DNA of 64,000 bases, from contig NC_092672.1 of NCBI RefSeq assembly GCF_964355755.1, positions 14,632,001 through 14,696,000 of the forward strand, given 5' to 3'. Shown piece after piece: positions 50,801 through 62,949 of this stretch. How positions within the stretch are numbered: the first letter of the stretch is position 1; each line of letters starts with the position of its first letter. The notes beneath the pieces are model-generated. The model was not told the DNA's origin, ran no database searches, and saw only the letters and a program-made list of their open reading frames with translations. Position numbers and translations under genes: made by a program. Origin of the DNA: Antedon mediterranea (Eukaryota; Animalia; Echinodermata).

Positions 50801-53800
50801 CTACCTGTAATAAACAATGGATAATGCCAGACACCCTTTTCAAGCATGAAATAGCCTAGCCACCTAGGCCTATGATAATGTTAATAAAGTAGACTTTTTC
50901 TTCACTAATCAAGTGTTACACAGATGTTTGCATCTTTTTCACCTTGTGGGTGGACACTGCCCACCTTTTATACACATATTGTTGCATGTGACACATCCAT
51001 ATATGTCAACACTCCCGTTTTGGCTGGAAGACTCCCATATTTTAGACTCTTCTCCTGGCCTACTATTGTGCTTTCGGTTTTCCACATTTTCTCCCAGATT
51101 ATAAAGATAACTAAATTTTGATGTAATGTGTAATTTTCTGCATTAAAATATAACAAAAAGTCGCAAATTTACGATATTTTAAGCCATTTTACAACCGTCT
51201 GCGTTCATTATTTTTTCTGAACAGAAAGGGGATTAGCCTCACATAGCCACCACACGATACCACTTGTGACATCACACACTGCACTATTTCTCGATAATAT
51301 ACGTCTTGATAATATATAGAGGGTGCTGTTGACCCCCAAAAAAACCACCTCCTGTTTTTTTAACCTCACAACAATATAATGTCTCATGTTTAATTACTTG
51401 GCTTGGCAGTTGATAAATGGCTATTAATTCATGCAACAAAGCCCTAAGAAATGCTTATTGTTTAAATACTGAGTGTCATTGTAAACAGTGCCAGGAGTGT
51501 TAATTGTGAAATAACATGCTTTGTTGGGAAAATGTTGTTTAATTTCAGTTATCTTAGATGACAATTCTGTAGACTAGGCCTACTATAGCTAGCCTACTGT
51601 AGGCCTAAATCTTCCAGATTTTGGGGTAAAATAATCAATTTTCGGGGAGGCGGGATCTGCATTAAAAATCGGGAAAAGCCACATATTTTTGGGAACTTGG
51701 GACTTCTGATTTTAACAAACACAGTTATCCTTTTGCACATAAAAACGCAACATGCAGTTGGCCATGAGAGAATACAGGTACTGGAACTTGGTATTCCTAT
51801 AGTTTATCAAATGTTTGACCTTGGAACTTATTTATAGTCATCGAATAAGTCTGACCAGAAATTGAATTCTCTGTAGCGTGAATGAAAGATTCGGGTCTGA
51901 TGGGGCAAGTTTCACTCGGGAATTAATAATCTTTGTGTAATGCTGCCTGTAGTAAGGATTTCAGCATCTTTTATGATCATGGTTTGTGATTGCTTTGTAA
52001 CACAAAGAAGAAAAACCTTTCCTCCAAATGGTACATGTGTTTCAGTGATGTCTTGTAACATTTTATCAATTGCTCTAAGAAAATTACTTGGGATCATGGA
52101 AGCTTTGTCAATAATGAAAAGAGAAATTTAACGGATGTAGTTAGCATGTTTTAATGTTGGAGAAATGTTGCTGGTGCTGGTGTCTAAAACTGGAACGGGG
52201 AGTTTGAAAAAGATTGTGGACTGTTCTTTCTCCAGTGAGAAGTGTTGCAGTAGTAATAGTGTGTTGTATACCATTGTTTTGCCACTGCCGTCATTTAAAA
52301 AGTAACATCGAGTGAATGGTATAGGATCTTCAAAAAGTAAATCCAGATCTTGTATCAATTGCTTAACTACGATGTGTTGGTATGAAGTAAGAGGAGATGG
52401 AGACAGTATCGTTCAATGTCTTTCGGATTGACGGAATACATGCGACTAATAGTAGTTTCAGTACCTTGTTTTCTTGGCAATAAATCGTTGAACCTAAATT
52501 CGTTTTAATTGTCAATAACTAATTATCTAACTCAATTTAATTAGTAAACAGGGTTACATCAGGTGGTTAAAATCAGTACCGAAAGTACGAACCAACTTAT
52601 ACCACCGAGTAAACATTCTAGAAGTAACGTGCGATTTACCAAATTTTGCCCTTGGGTAAATTTATATATAGATGTGAAAGATATGATTACAAACATTTTT
52701 TCATTAAATCGTGTTTAGACCGTGTATTTTTTCATTGCGCACCATGAAGAGATAACCACATCGATTCCTGGCCACAAGGAATATACTCTGAAAAATTGAC
52801 ATAGCTAGATTAAACTACTCTCAAATAATTGACAGACAAAATAGTGCTAAGGAAAGAATAAATAAAGATTCTGACAGAATCAATAAGGTTATATGCATGA
52901 TAATATAAATTATATATTATTTATTTTTGAACGGTAGTTAGGCCAAATACAGTGCATTAAGTGTCTATTTAGACCAATTAATTTTACCGCATCAAAAAGA
53001 GAACATTTACACCGGTGTAACAAATATTTTAATTTGTAACCTAGGTATATTTTAATAGTATAATTCTATTGCAACTTCAACTTACTGTATTATAACTAGA
53101 GGGTGAGCTCGCTTCGCTCGCTCCCCCTCTAGGAAGTGTAGACGATGGTTTTCGGAATGATAATGACTTGGGTAAAACGTTTTAAAAGGACATTCTGGCC
53201 TGAACAATTTCGGTCGGTTACCATTATTGGAATGCTTGATAATCGTAAAACTAAACCTACTCGCTAACCTGTTTCACAGTGTATAGTGTTTATTGTAGAT
53301 ATGAAAATTGGTGACAAAGAATAACAACTGCTTGGTAAATTGCAGATAACAGTCCAATGAAATCTACTAAAAATAGTAAAATTGTGTTATAAATATAATA
53401 CAATATTGTGTGTATAAATGTGGATGGGCGATAATTATTTTAATTGATGTTTTATTGGGGCGGTGTTCCGGGCGTTTATTCAAATAAATACCATCCTAAT
53501 TGGTATAATTAATACATTATTCCGCGACACAGTAGGCCGTTTTGGCATATGAAGGAAGACGTTTTAGACGGCTTGCAACATGGGCAGACGTATCCCAGGA
53601 TCCACACAGATAGCGCACAGTATACATAAAGTCCTGGCAGCTTTCTTAACAACTACTACTATTACTTCTACAGTGCGTAGAGTTAAAATTTACCGATTGA
53701 AATCATAAATTTTCTTATAAAACACTTTATAAAATCTTTCTAAGATAGAAATATGGAACAATATCATAATAGTGGAAACTAATGTTATCAAATCTACGTT

Positions 53801-56800
53801 TCGCGGTACATCTGAGATAAATAAGGTAGTTAACCAAGGCGGAGATTTGTCCCGAAGTTTTTCCATTGTGCTCGCCTATGTCAGAATTAACCATAATTTA
53901 TATATAGATATAGATTACAATACGGGTGACTAACAATTGTAAAAAAAAAATATTTTCCATGTGACGGTTAAGTAATAAATGGCCTTAAATAAATGGAGTC
54001 TATCAGATCATGTGAACACGGGCAGTGCAAAATATTTGCGACCGGCCTGGTGGTGTTTTAAAATCTCGGGCAATATATGGAATCCATCAGATCATGTGAT
54101 CACGGGCGGTGACAATTTTTTTCAGCCAGACAGATGGCATTTAAAAATCATGGGCAGTATAATGGAGTCCATCAGATCATGTTTTTGCAGGATGGCAGTG
54201 CAAAATATTTGCCTTCATACAAGTGTCTTTTAAAAATCACGGGCAGTGTATGGGTCCATCAGATCACGGGCAGTGTATGGGTCCATCAGATCACAGGCAG
54301 TGTATGGGTCCATCAGATCACAGGCAGTGTATGGGTCCATCAGATCACAGGCAGTGTATGGGTCCATCAGATCACGGGCAGTGTATGGGTCCATCAGATC
54401 ACGGGCAGTGTATGGGTCCATCAGATCACGGGCAGTGTATGGGTCCATCAGATCACGGGCAGTGTATGGGTCCATCAGATCACGGGCAGTGTATGGGTCC
54501 ATCAGATCACGGGCAGTGTATGGGTCCATCAGATCACAGGCAGTGTATGGGTCCATCAGATCACAGGCAGTGTATGGGTCCATCAGATCACAGGCAGTGT
54601 ATGGGTCCATCAGATCACAGGCAGTGTATGGGTCCATCAGATCACAGGCAGTGTATGGGTCCATCAGATCACAGGCAGTGTATGGGTCCATCAGATCACA
54701 GGCAGTGTATGGGTCCATCAGATCACAGGCAGTGTATGGGTCCATCAGATCACAGGCAGTGTATGGGTCCATCAGATCACAGGCAGTGTATGGGTCCATC
54801 AGATCACGGGCAGTGTATGGGTCCATCAGATCACGGGCAGTGTATGGGTCCATCAGATCACGGGCAGTGTATGGGTCCATCAGATCACGGGCAGTGTATG
54901 GGTCCATCAGATCACGGGCAGTGTATGGGTCCATCAGATCACGGGCAGTGTATTGGTCCATCAGATCACGGGCAGTGTATGGGTCCATCAGATCACGGGC
55001 AGTGTATGGGTCCATCAGATCACGGGCAGTGTATGGGTCCATCAGATCACGGGCAGTGTATGGGTCCATCAGATCACGGGCAGTGTATGGGTCCATCAGA
55101 TCACGGGCAGTGTATGGGTCCATCAGATCACGGGCAGTGTATGGGTCCATCAGATCACGGGCAGTGTATGGGTCCATCAGATCACGGGCAGTGTATGGGT
55201 CCATCAGATCACGGGCGGTGTATGGGTCCATCAGATCACGGGCGGTGTATGGGTCCATCAGATCACGGGCGGTGTATGGGTCCATCAGATCACGGGCGGT
55301 GTATGGGTCCATCAGATCACGGGCAGTGTATGGGTCCATCAGATCACGGGCAGTGTATGGGTCCATCAGATCACGGGCAGTGTATGGGTCCATCAGATCA
55401 CGGGCAGTGTATGGGTCCATCAGATCACGGGCAGTGTATGGGTCCATCAGATCACGGGCAGTGTATGGGTCCATCAGATCACGGGCAGTGTATGGGTCCA
55501 TCAGATCACGGGCAGTGTATGGGTCCATCAGATCACGGGCAGTGTATGGGTCCATCAGATCACGGGCAGTGTATGGGTCCATCAGATCACGGGCAGTGTA
55601 TGGGTCCATCAGATCACGGGCAGTGTATGGGTCCATCAGATCACGGGCAGTGTATGGGTCCATCAGATCACGGGCAGTGTATGGGTCCATCAGATCACGG
55701 GCAGTGTATGGGTCCATCAGATCACGGGCAGTGTATGGGTCCATCAGATCACGGGCAGTGTATGGGTCCATCAGATCACGGGCAGTGTATGGGTCCATCA
55801 GATCACGGGCAGTGTATGGGTCCATCAGATCACGGGCAGTGTATGGGTCCATCAGATCACGGGCAGTGTATGGGTCCATCAGATCACGGGCAGTGTATGG
55901 GTCCATCAGATCACGGGCAGTGTATGGGTCCATCAGATCACGGGCAGTGTATGGGTCCATCAGATCACGGGCAGTGTATGGGTCCATCAGATCACGGGCA
56001 GTGTATGGGTCCATCAGATCACGGGCAGTGTATGGGTCCATCAGATCACGGGCAGTGTATGGGTCCATCAGATCACGGGCAGTGTATGGGTCCATCAGAT
56101 CACGGGCAGTGTATGGGTCCATCAGATCACGGGCAGTGTATGGGTCCATCAGATCACGGGCAGTGTATGGGTCCATCAGATCACGGGCAGTGTATGGGTC
56201 CATCAGATCACGGGCAGTGTATGGGTCCATCAGATCACGGGCAGTGTATGGGTCCATCAGATCACGGGCAGTGTATGGGTCCATCAGATCACGGGCAGTG
56301 TATGGGTCCATCAGATCACGGGCAGTGTATGGGTCCATCAGATCACGGGCAGTGTATGGGTCCATCAGATCACGGGCAGTGTATGGGTCCATCAGATCAC
56401 GGGCAGTGTATGGGTCCATCAGATCACGGGCAGTGTATGGGTCCATCAGATCACGGGCAGTGTATGGGTCCATCAGATCACGGGCAGTGTATGGGTCCAT
56501 CAGATCACGGGCAGTGTATGGGTCCATCAGATCACGGGCAGTGTATGGGTCCATCAGATCACGGGCAGTGTATGGGTCCATCAGATCACGGGCAGTGTAT
56601 GGGTCCATCAGATCACGGGCAGTGTATGGGTCCATCAGATCACGGGCAGTGTATGGGTCCATCAGATCACGGGCAGTGTATGGGTCCATCAGATCACGGG
56701 CAGTGTATGGGTCCATCAGATCACGGGCAGTGTATGGGTCCATCAGATCACGGGCAGTGTATGGGTCCATCAGATCACGGGCAGTGTATGGGTCCATCAG

Positions 56801-58023
56801 ATCACGGGCAGTGTATGGGTCCATCAGATCACGGGCAGTGTATGGGTCCATCAGATCACGGGCAGTGTATGGGTCCATCAGATCACGGGCAGTGTATGGG
56901 TCCATCAGATCACGGGCAGTGTATGGGTCCATCAGATCACGGGCAGTGTATGGGTCCATCAGATCACGGGCAGTGTATGGGTCCATCAGATCACGGGCAG
57001 TGTATGGGTCCATCAGATCACGGGCAGTGTATGGGTCCATCAGATCACAGGCAGTGTATGGGTCCATCAGATCACAGGCAGTGTATGGGTCCATCAGATC
57101 ACAGGCAGTGTAAAATATTTGCAGCTAAATTAAAAAAATAAATTCTAGAACCTTTCTTGTTAATGAGTTGTTTACTAAGCCTAACAAGTGCATACTTCAT
57201 ATGTTTTTTACCAGTAGTTGATAATTACAAATAATTTTGCGATGTATAATTACAGTATAAGTTTTTTTTTGTTATTTAACAGATTTATCTGCATTTGTTT
57301 TGTGTATTTGAGTGGTGGATTTATATATCAGAGGTTTTTCATTGGAGCCAAAGGTTCAGAGCAATTTCCTAACATATCCTTCTGGAAAGATTTTGGCAAT
57401 TTGGTAGCAGTAAGTAGTTTCAATCAATAACCACTTGTTTTTTTTGGAAATGTTAATATAATAATATTTTTTAAAAATGTCATCCCCTAAAGTAAATTGT
57501 GCTTATATGCTAAGGTCGTGAGTTACAACTCTGGCACTACTAGGTCAGGATTGAACCCTGGAACTACTGTAGGTCAGGATTGAACCCTGGAACTACTGTA
57601 GGTCAGGATTGAACCCTGGACCTTTGGATTGGAAGGCAAGCACCACAAAGCTACAGTTCCACTACATTTATTTGATAGTGTAGTGTTTTGATGAACCAGT
57701 AAAACTACTCGCAACATTGCACAATTTTCATGTAGGCAGGCCTAGGCCTAAACAATTAGACCCTTGTTGGAGGTTGTGTGGAAATAGAGAAGACAGATTA
57801 TCTATTGTAGGCATATTAATTACTTTGATAATACTCTCCTACTTCTTTCATGCTAATCTACTAGACAGTGTTACTCCAGGTAAACGTTTCCATTTTCTTT
57901 CAGGATGGATGCGACCTAGCCTTTCGATCGCACCCGAAAAATGAATCAAGGTCATACAAGGGTATTGGAGATGACCAATTAGGACTTGATGAAGAGCAAG
58001 ATGATCATTTACTACCAATGTGA
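41746..58023 (+). CDS. M6PR: Cation-dependent mannose-6-phosphate receptor (MPR46) ortholog, 6 coding exons, 260 aa
   Basis: Signal peptide, single MRH domain with 6 Cys ([23 protein letters not shown]), one TM helix, tail [15 protein letters not shown]...FW...[10 protein letters not shown]...DDHLLPM*; all introns GT-AG with matching phases. Confidence 0.97.
42156..43749. mobile_element. Kolobok-like non-autonomous DNA transposon
   Basis: TTAA TSD on both sides; TIR agggggattctgggtttaaaat / attttaaacccggaacccccct. Confidence 0.8.
43891..44680. mobile_element. Mutator-like MITE
   Basis: ~125-bp near-perfect TIRs (cgccgtggctaaagatacggtacc...) and perfect 9-bp TSD aaataacta. Confidence 0.92.
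45600..45986. mobile_element. hAT-like MITE; second copy at about 50998-51365
   Basis: TIR atacatgccaac / gttggcatgtat; internal similarity between the copies. Confidence 0.75.
46107..46261 (+). CDS. M6PR: M6PR exon 2 (NYTYTIGIC...GVIQ...)
   Basis: 155 nt, TAG acceptor, GTAAGT donor. Confidence 0.93.
47311..47908. mobile_element. PIF/Harbinger-like MITE
   Basis: TIR agcatgttttcctgtcgatcgtt; TTA TSD confirmed by the empty paralogous site near 6815. Confidence 0.88.
48135..48244 (+). CDS. M6PR: M6PR exon 3 ([30 protein letters not shown])
   Basis: 110 nt; hallmark CD-MPR motif. Confidence 0.97.
48398..48718. mobile_element. hAT-like MITE with 6-bp TSD
   Basis: TIR cagggatgaga / tctcatccctg; gttaat duplicated on both sides. 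Confidence 0.78.
48780..49118 (-). mobile_element. tRNA-derived SINE just upstream of M6PR exon 4
   Basis: Reverse strand TGGCCAAGTGGTTAAG (A box) and GGTTCGAG (B box); A-rich tail near 48780. Confidence 0.72.
49140..49270 (+). CDS. M6PR: M6PR exon 4 (...[16 protein letters not shown]...[10 protein letters not shown])
   Basis: 131 nt; end of MRH domain and start of TM. Confidence 0.97.
49440..49670. repeat. Degenerate 21-23 bp tandem repeat (cacaaatgtgaaaacaggtcc)
   Basis: About 10 imperfect copies. Confidence 0.85.
51715..52672 (-). mobile_element. Helitron remnant (Pif1-like helicase pieces plus 5' terminus)
   Basis: [45 protein letters not shown]; TC-start terminus TCTATATATAAAT at 52672. 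Confidence 0.88.
53096..53914 (-). mobile_element. Non-autonomous Helitron
   Basis: 5' TCTATAT..., 3' GC-rich hairpin (gagggggagcgagcgaagcgagctcaccctc) followed by CTAG then T. Confidence 0.8.
54237..57111. repeat. 27-bp minisatellite, about 106 copies, in M6PR intron 4
   Basis: Unit atcacgggcagtgtatgggtccatcag; stop-free in four frames, which creates the spurious long ORFs. Confidence 0.99.
57283..57409 (+). CDS. M6PR: M6PR exon 5 (TM end, [28 protein letters not shown])
   Basis: 127 nt. Confidence 0.97.
57510..57665 (-). mobile_element. tRNA-derived SINE fragment with a 29-bp triplication; related copy at about 37320-37400
   Basis: aggtcaggattgaaccctggaactactgt x3, each carrying the B box GGTTCAATCC on the - strand. 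Confidence 0.65.
57904..58023 (+). CDS. M6PR: M6PR exon 6 (DGCD...DDHLLPM*)
   Basis: 120 nt including TGA; acidic dileucine GGA-binding motif. Confidence 0.97.
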   Translation, partial: DGCDLAFRSHPKNESRSYKGIGDDQLGLDEEQDDHLLPM

Positions 58024-58136
58024 AAGCATTATCATCTTTTCAAGAATGATGTTTAATTTTTTCTTTTAATTTTAAACAGTTGAACATTTTATTAGTCCAT
58101 TATATTCTTATTAATTATGAAATAATTGTTAGCACA

Positions 58137-58661
58137 ATTCAAGTACTGTACTATCTGGGCACTGTGCATTGATTCAAGTACTGTACTATCTGGGCACTGT
58201 GCATTGATTCAAGTACTGTACTATCTGGGCACTGTGCATTGATTCAAGTACTGTACTATCTGGGCACTGTGCATTGATTCAAGTACTGTACTATCTGGGC
58301 ACTGTGCATTGATTCAAGTACTGTACTATCTGGGCACTGTGCATTGATTCAAGTACTGTACTATCTGGGCACTGTGCATTGATTCAAGTACTGTACTATC
58401 TGGGCACTGTGCATTGATTCAAGTACTGTACTATCTGGGCACTGTGCATTGATTCAAGTACTGTACTATCTGGGCACTGTGCATTGATTCAAGTACTGTA
58501 CTATCTGGGCACTGTGCATTGATTCAAGTACTGTACTATCTGGGCACTGTGCATTGATTCAAGTACTGTACTATCTGGGCACTGTGCATTGATTCAAGTA
58601 CTGTACTATCTGGGCACTGTGCATTGATTCAAGTACTGTACTATCTGGGCACTGTGCATTG
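58137..58661. repeat. 35-bp minisatellite, about 15 copies, in the probable M6PR 3' UTR
   Basis: Unit gattcaagtactgtactatctgggcactgtgcatt. Confidence 0.98.
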
Positions 58662-58699
58662 TTCTTAGAAATTTAAGCATATCTTACTTCTATATGGTA

Positions 58700-58960
58700 A
58701 ATAAAGATAATAAAGATATATAAAATTGTCCCCTGAACAATTTAGTGATTAACCTTCAATAAAAACACAAGATGGCTATTCAAAATCAAATATTTCTTCT
58801 TATTTTATATGGCATGTTCACAATTCTGTATAATTCATCTTATTTTATTACTTGGTTGTATATTTGTTATTTCCATAATGTAAATGTTTTTATGTCAGCA
58901 CCTTATGCATTGTTAACATTAATGATTGTAGAGAAAACTTTATTTAAATTGAATAATAAA
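58700..58960 (+). terminator. Candidate polyadenylation signals of M6PR
   Basis: First AATAAA hexamers after the stop are at 58700, 58709, 58758 and 58955. Confidence 0.5.
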
Positions 58961-59129
58961 CTGGCTTGATTTTGTACATTGAATTAGAATATTACATGGT
59001 TCTTTAAATCCTTTTCACTTGGTCTCTCACAACCAAAAATATATTACAAATAAATTCAAAGGCATAACATGGCTTTTGAGGAAACAGATTTAATAAACAA
59101 ACCTTACTACTATCTAGCAATTACACTCA

Positions 59130-60830
59130 CCCCATTCATTTCAAACTTTTTGCTACACAAAAGAAAGGTGGCAGAATCAAGATTAAATAAGTACATTTTT
59201 TCCATCATTTTAATTTAACAAGCTCTAAACCAAAAAAATTGCTTCTTGGCCTCTCTGGACTTAAAAGATGCATATTTAATATCAGTTTATCATTCATTTA
59301 GGAAATACCTTCACTTTTCTGGGACGAGAAATAGCAATTTAAGGCCAGTTCCAAGGATCTTTGCTAAAAGTCCCATTTCCATTCTCAGAGTATTGGTCAC
59401 TAAATTTTAGCATATATTGACGATATGCACATCAATGCAGAAATGCAAAATAACACAGAGCTTTGTCAGATACCGTAGAGATGCCACAATAGTTAAGTTT
59501 GTTTTGTAATTTGTCCTACTAAAATTGAATTTCTTGGGTTTGTCAATCTACACTGCCTCATGACAATTACACTAATTTAGCATACAATTGAAATTACTGA
59601 ATTTTCCATGACGTAAAATAACATTTGACAATTTGCATGTTATAATAGAAAAATAGAGTATCGTTACCATGGGGCAGAGTGAGAATTGACATTATAGAGA
59701 ATTGGAGAGAAAATATTAAATAACCAGTAAATGGGTTTTTGAAGCTAAATTGAGTTGAGACAAATTCCAGTTTGGACACTGACTAAATGGAATTACTCAT
59801 ATTGGAGGAAACCTTATTGATAATATGGGAAGCACTACATCAAAAAATGATGAATGAGCCAACAAGCTATGATGGTGTATTCAACATAACATATGGGTAC
59901 CTGCTGTGCACCTACCTGGCCCACAGAATATTTTGGCAGATAAAAATTCAGACCAATTTGAAGACAAGTTACTGTTGAGTGAAAACTTGATCTGGAAATA
60001 ATTTCATAGAAACTAAACACTGATAATGGTTTGTTTACTTCTTGCTTCAATACACAATTACCAAAATAGTCTTGGACGTACCCTGATCCAAGGGCAATAG
60101 AAGTGGATACCTTTACTGAATTGGAAGGATCTGAAATATCCTAAAATGTAGTTATATTATGAAGCCAATTAATCAGTTTGCATACAGTTTTGTGCTAAAA
60201 TTGTCAGATGTGCTCGTATCTCGTATATAAAACCTACTATACTACCATTAATAATAATATACTGGATAAAACATGTATGGAAACATACTCCCTTAATGTA
60301 GCTAGTAATCGGCGCAAAGTTGTATTTTGACCTAGGTACCCATTTGTCTCAATACCTTATCAACTACATGCCTTGTCCTAAATAACTCAACTTATACCCC
60401 AACTTTCTATTCACTGTAACCTTTAGAAACCACCTATTTTGACCTTTGAACTATTGATCTGGATACATTTTATACCATAATAAGAAATCTTTGAGATCGA
60501 TAGTAATATATAAGGGAATTTGGTATCAAAATACTCCCATGTTTCTATTTACTCTTATAGAAATAATGTACTAAATGCGATTGAAATTGTTTTGACCTTT
60601 GACCTTAATCACTACATTTCAATGAAAAGCAGTCTGTTTTGTGCGTAGCTTACCTGGATAAACCGACAATAGCCCATGCTTTCCAGAAGAAGGGCTTAGA
60701 TACGAAATGTTAAATTTAAGTTGACCCAATAGCCCAAAAAATGTCATGATGGACAGAATCATACCATTCATCAGTATGGGTATGAGGCCATTGCCATGAG
60801 AGGTAAAATTCATTCCAAATTGCTCAGATG
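59130..60830 (+). mobile_element. Highly decayed DIRS-type (tyrosine recombinase) retrotransposon pol remnant
   Basis: Frameshifted FLASLDLKDAY, RKYL, PRIFAK, AYIDD, IEFLGF (RT); WCIQHNIWVPAVHLPGPQNILADKNS (RNase H); NTQLPK..W.YPDPRAIEVDTF (methyltransferase-like region). Confidence 0.82.
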
Positions 60831-60929
60831 CTAAACAGACAAACCAATCCCCAATGTTAAACTATATCTAATTATAATATATTTTACTGTTTGGGCTTTA
60901 GCCTGTTTTCACTCCTTTTATTCATTAGG

Positions 60930-61885
60930 TTTGGTGTAATATTCCAGATAAATTAAGTGATGAACTAGAAAATATCCAGATTTCTGCAGGTAGAATAATT
61001 ATGTACTGGTGCGTGGAAACATACAAGTCATAATGCATTAAGACAAGAATTAGGCTGGTTATCATTGAAAAAACGTAGACAATTTCTTAACCTAATACTG
61101 TTTTTAAAAATGATTCATAAGTTAACACCAGTGTATCTTTACTCCTTATTTAATTTTTCTGACAATATTGAAGTTTATAACTTGCGTAACATCCGAAATA
61201 TAATAATTCCATTTTGTAAGACCACATCATATCGTTTATCTTTTGTCCCATCTATTATAACACATTGGAATGAGTTAAATAATGAAATAAAAAATTCCTC
61301 ATCTCTTGTTGAGTTTAAAAAATTGCTACTGAAATCCAATTTGTTTAAAACAAAAAAACGTTCTTATTATGATACAGGTGATAAGAAGATTAAATTCTTT
61401 ACTCCATGGATTAACCAAATTCACACTAGAATCCGACTTGGTTTCAGCTGTCTCAATTCGCATTTATTCTTACATGGACTTCGGGACAATTCAAATTGTA
61501 GGCCTACTTGTGGCTTTAATGTTGAGAATCCGCTTCATTTCTTATGTTACTGCCCTAATTATAATACACAAAGAGATATTCTACTTGTAAGCGCTAACTC
61601 AATTATTGAGGATATCTTAGCCAAGGATTTTTCTTTAACATTTAATTTTAAATTTTTAAGTGAAATTTTTATTTTTGGTTCCGATCTTCTTTCGAATTGT
61701 GAAAATGATTTATTATTTTATTATGTACAACAATTTCTTGTTAATTCTGGAAGATTTGATTGATGTTTCTGTTAGTTGTTTTAAAATGTTGTATTTGTTA
61801 ATCTGAGGCGCCTTGAAGCTAAGGTGGTTCCATCTTGTAAGGCGCCTCTGTGTAATATACTGAATAAAAAAAATATAAAAAAAAA
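60930..61885 (+). mobile_element. CR1/L2-group LINE 3' fragment
   Basis: ORF 61065-61763: ELGW, SFVPS..HWN, HTRIRLG, C-terminal Cys/His motif (CG...HFLCYC); AATAAA and A-rich tail. Confidence 0.88.
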
Positions 61886-62949
61886 CAAATGTTATTATTA
61901 ATTTTATTTATTTTTTTAATATTAATGTTAGAAATTAGTCTTCCAAAAAATTCTTCTCTATATATAATGTCAGTGTTTAAACTTTGCAGCTACACCAATT
62001 CTGAAATGTTTCCTCTTCAGCAGTGCCATTTAATCTATAGCAGAGACCTACTGGTTAATTTGACACATAATTATTGGTAAAATTGGGGTTTTTTTTCCAA
62101 TTGAGCTGCACTATTACATTTCTTTGTGTATATAGGTCTGGAGTACATAATTCATCCTATAACATTAATTGTCTAAAACTGCAACTACTGTACATAGTCA
62201 CCATCCAAACCATTTATCAAGGTTTCAGTTTAAGTCTGATTTTAGGCTCTAGTCATACCTCCAATTCTTATCTGATATGATGCAATTTAATTTAAAAAGA
62301 ATTATTGCATTTATCTTTAAGATGTGAAAGTTTTTCTCCGTTTTTTTTCTATTAAAATTCTCTACAAATAAAAAATACTTTTGGACCATGATGGTTAACA
62401 AAATAAAGGCTTGAAAATCTGTTGAAGACCATAACAAATTTGTCTTTATAATCCATCTTGATAGATTTGTAAGAGTTTCATATTGTATTTTATTATTTAG
62501 GTGATTTGTCAAATGACATATTGTGACCCTTTGATACCTGAAATTATGGCCTCATATCTATATTGATGAATAGTAGGCTATTATTTGTCCATCTGACATT
62601 TTTTCTGGGCTATTTCGGATAAATTTGACCTCTCCTGGCATGATGAATGGTAGGCCTATGATGTGTCCATCATGCTATTTGAGACTATGTAGTGATTAAA
62701 GTCAAAAGTAAAAAAACACTTTGAATTGCATCTAGTACACCATTTCTATGAAAGTAAATACAAACATGGGTGTTTTAGAATTCGCATTTGTATTCCTATC
62801 GATCACCAAGATTTCCATTTGATTTATGATATGATTTATATACTGTATTGACCAGATCAATAGTTCAAATGTCAAAATAGATGGTGCATAGAAGGGTTCT
62901 AAAAGTTTTTGGTATTTTTATTTCATTAGAGTGAATAGAAAGTTGGGCA

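Noticed and set aside
54134-57141. Four ORFs of 954-999 aa made of 9-residue repeats
   Set aside because: They are translations of a stop-free 27-bp minisatellite inside M6PR intron 4. Four frames are open at once and there is no codon-position pattern in the variants.
59835-60830. Apparent minus-strand two-exon membrane protein gene (GMNFTSHGNGLIPIL..., with AG/GT sites)
   Set aside because: It matches no family I recognise, and the + strand of the same DNA carries DIRS RT, RNase H and MT motifs, so it is most likely an antisense shadow.
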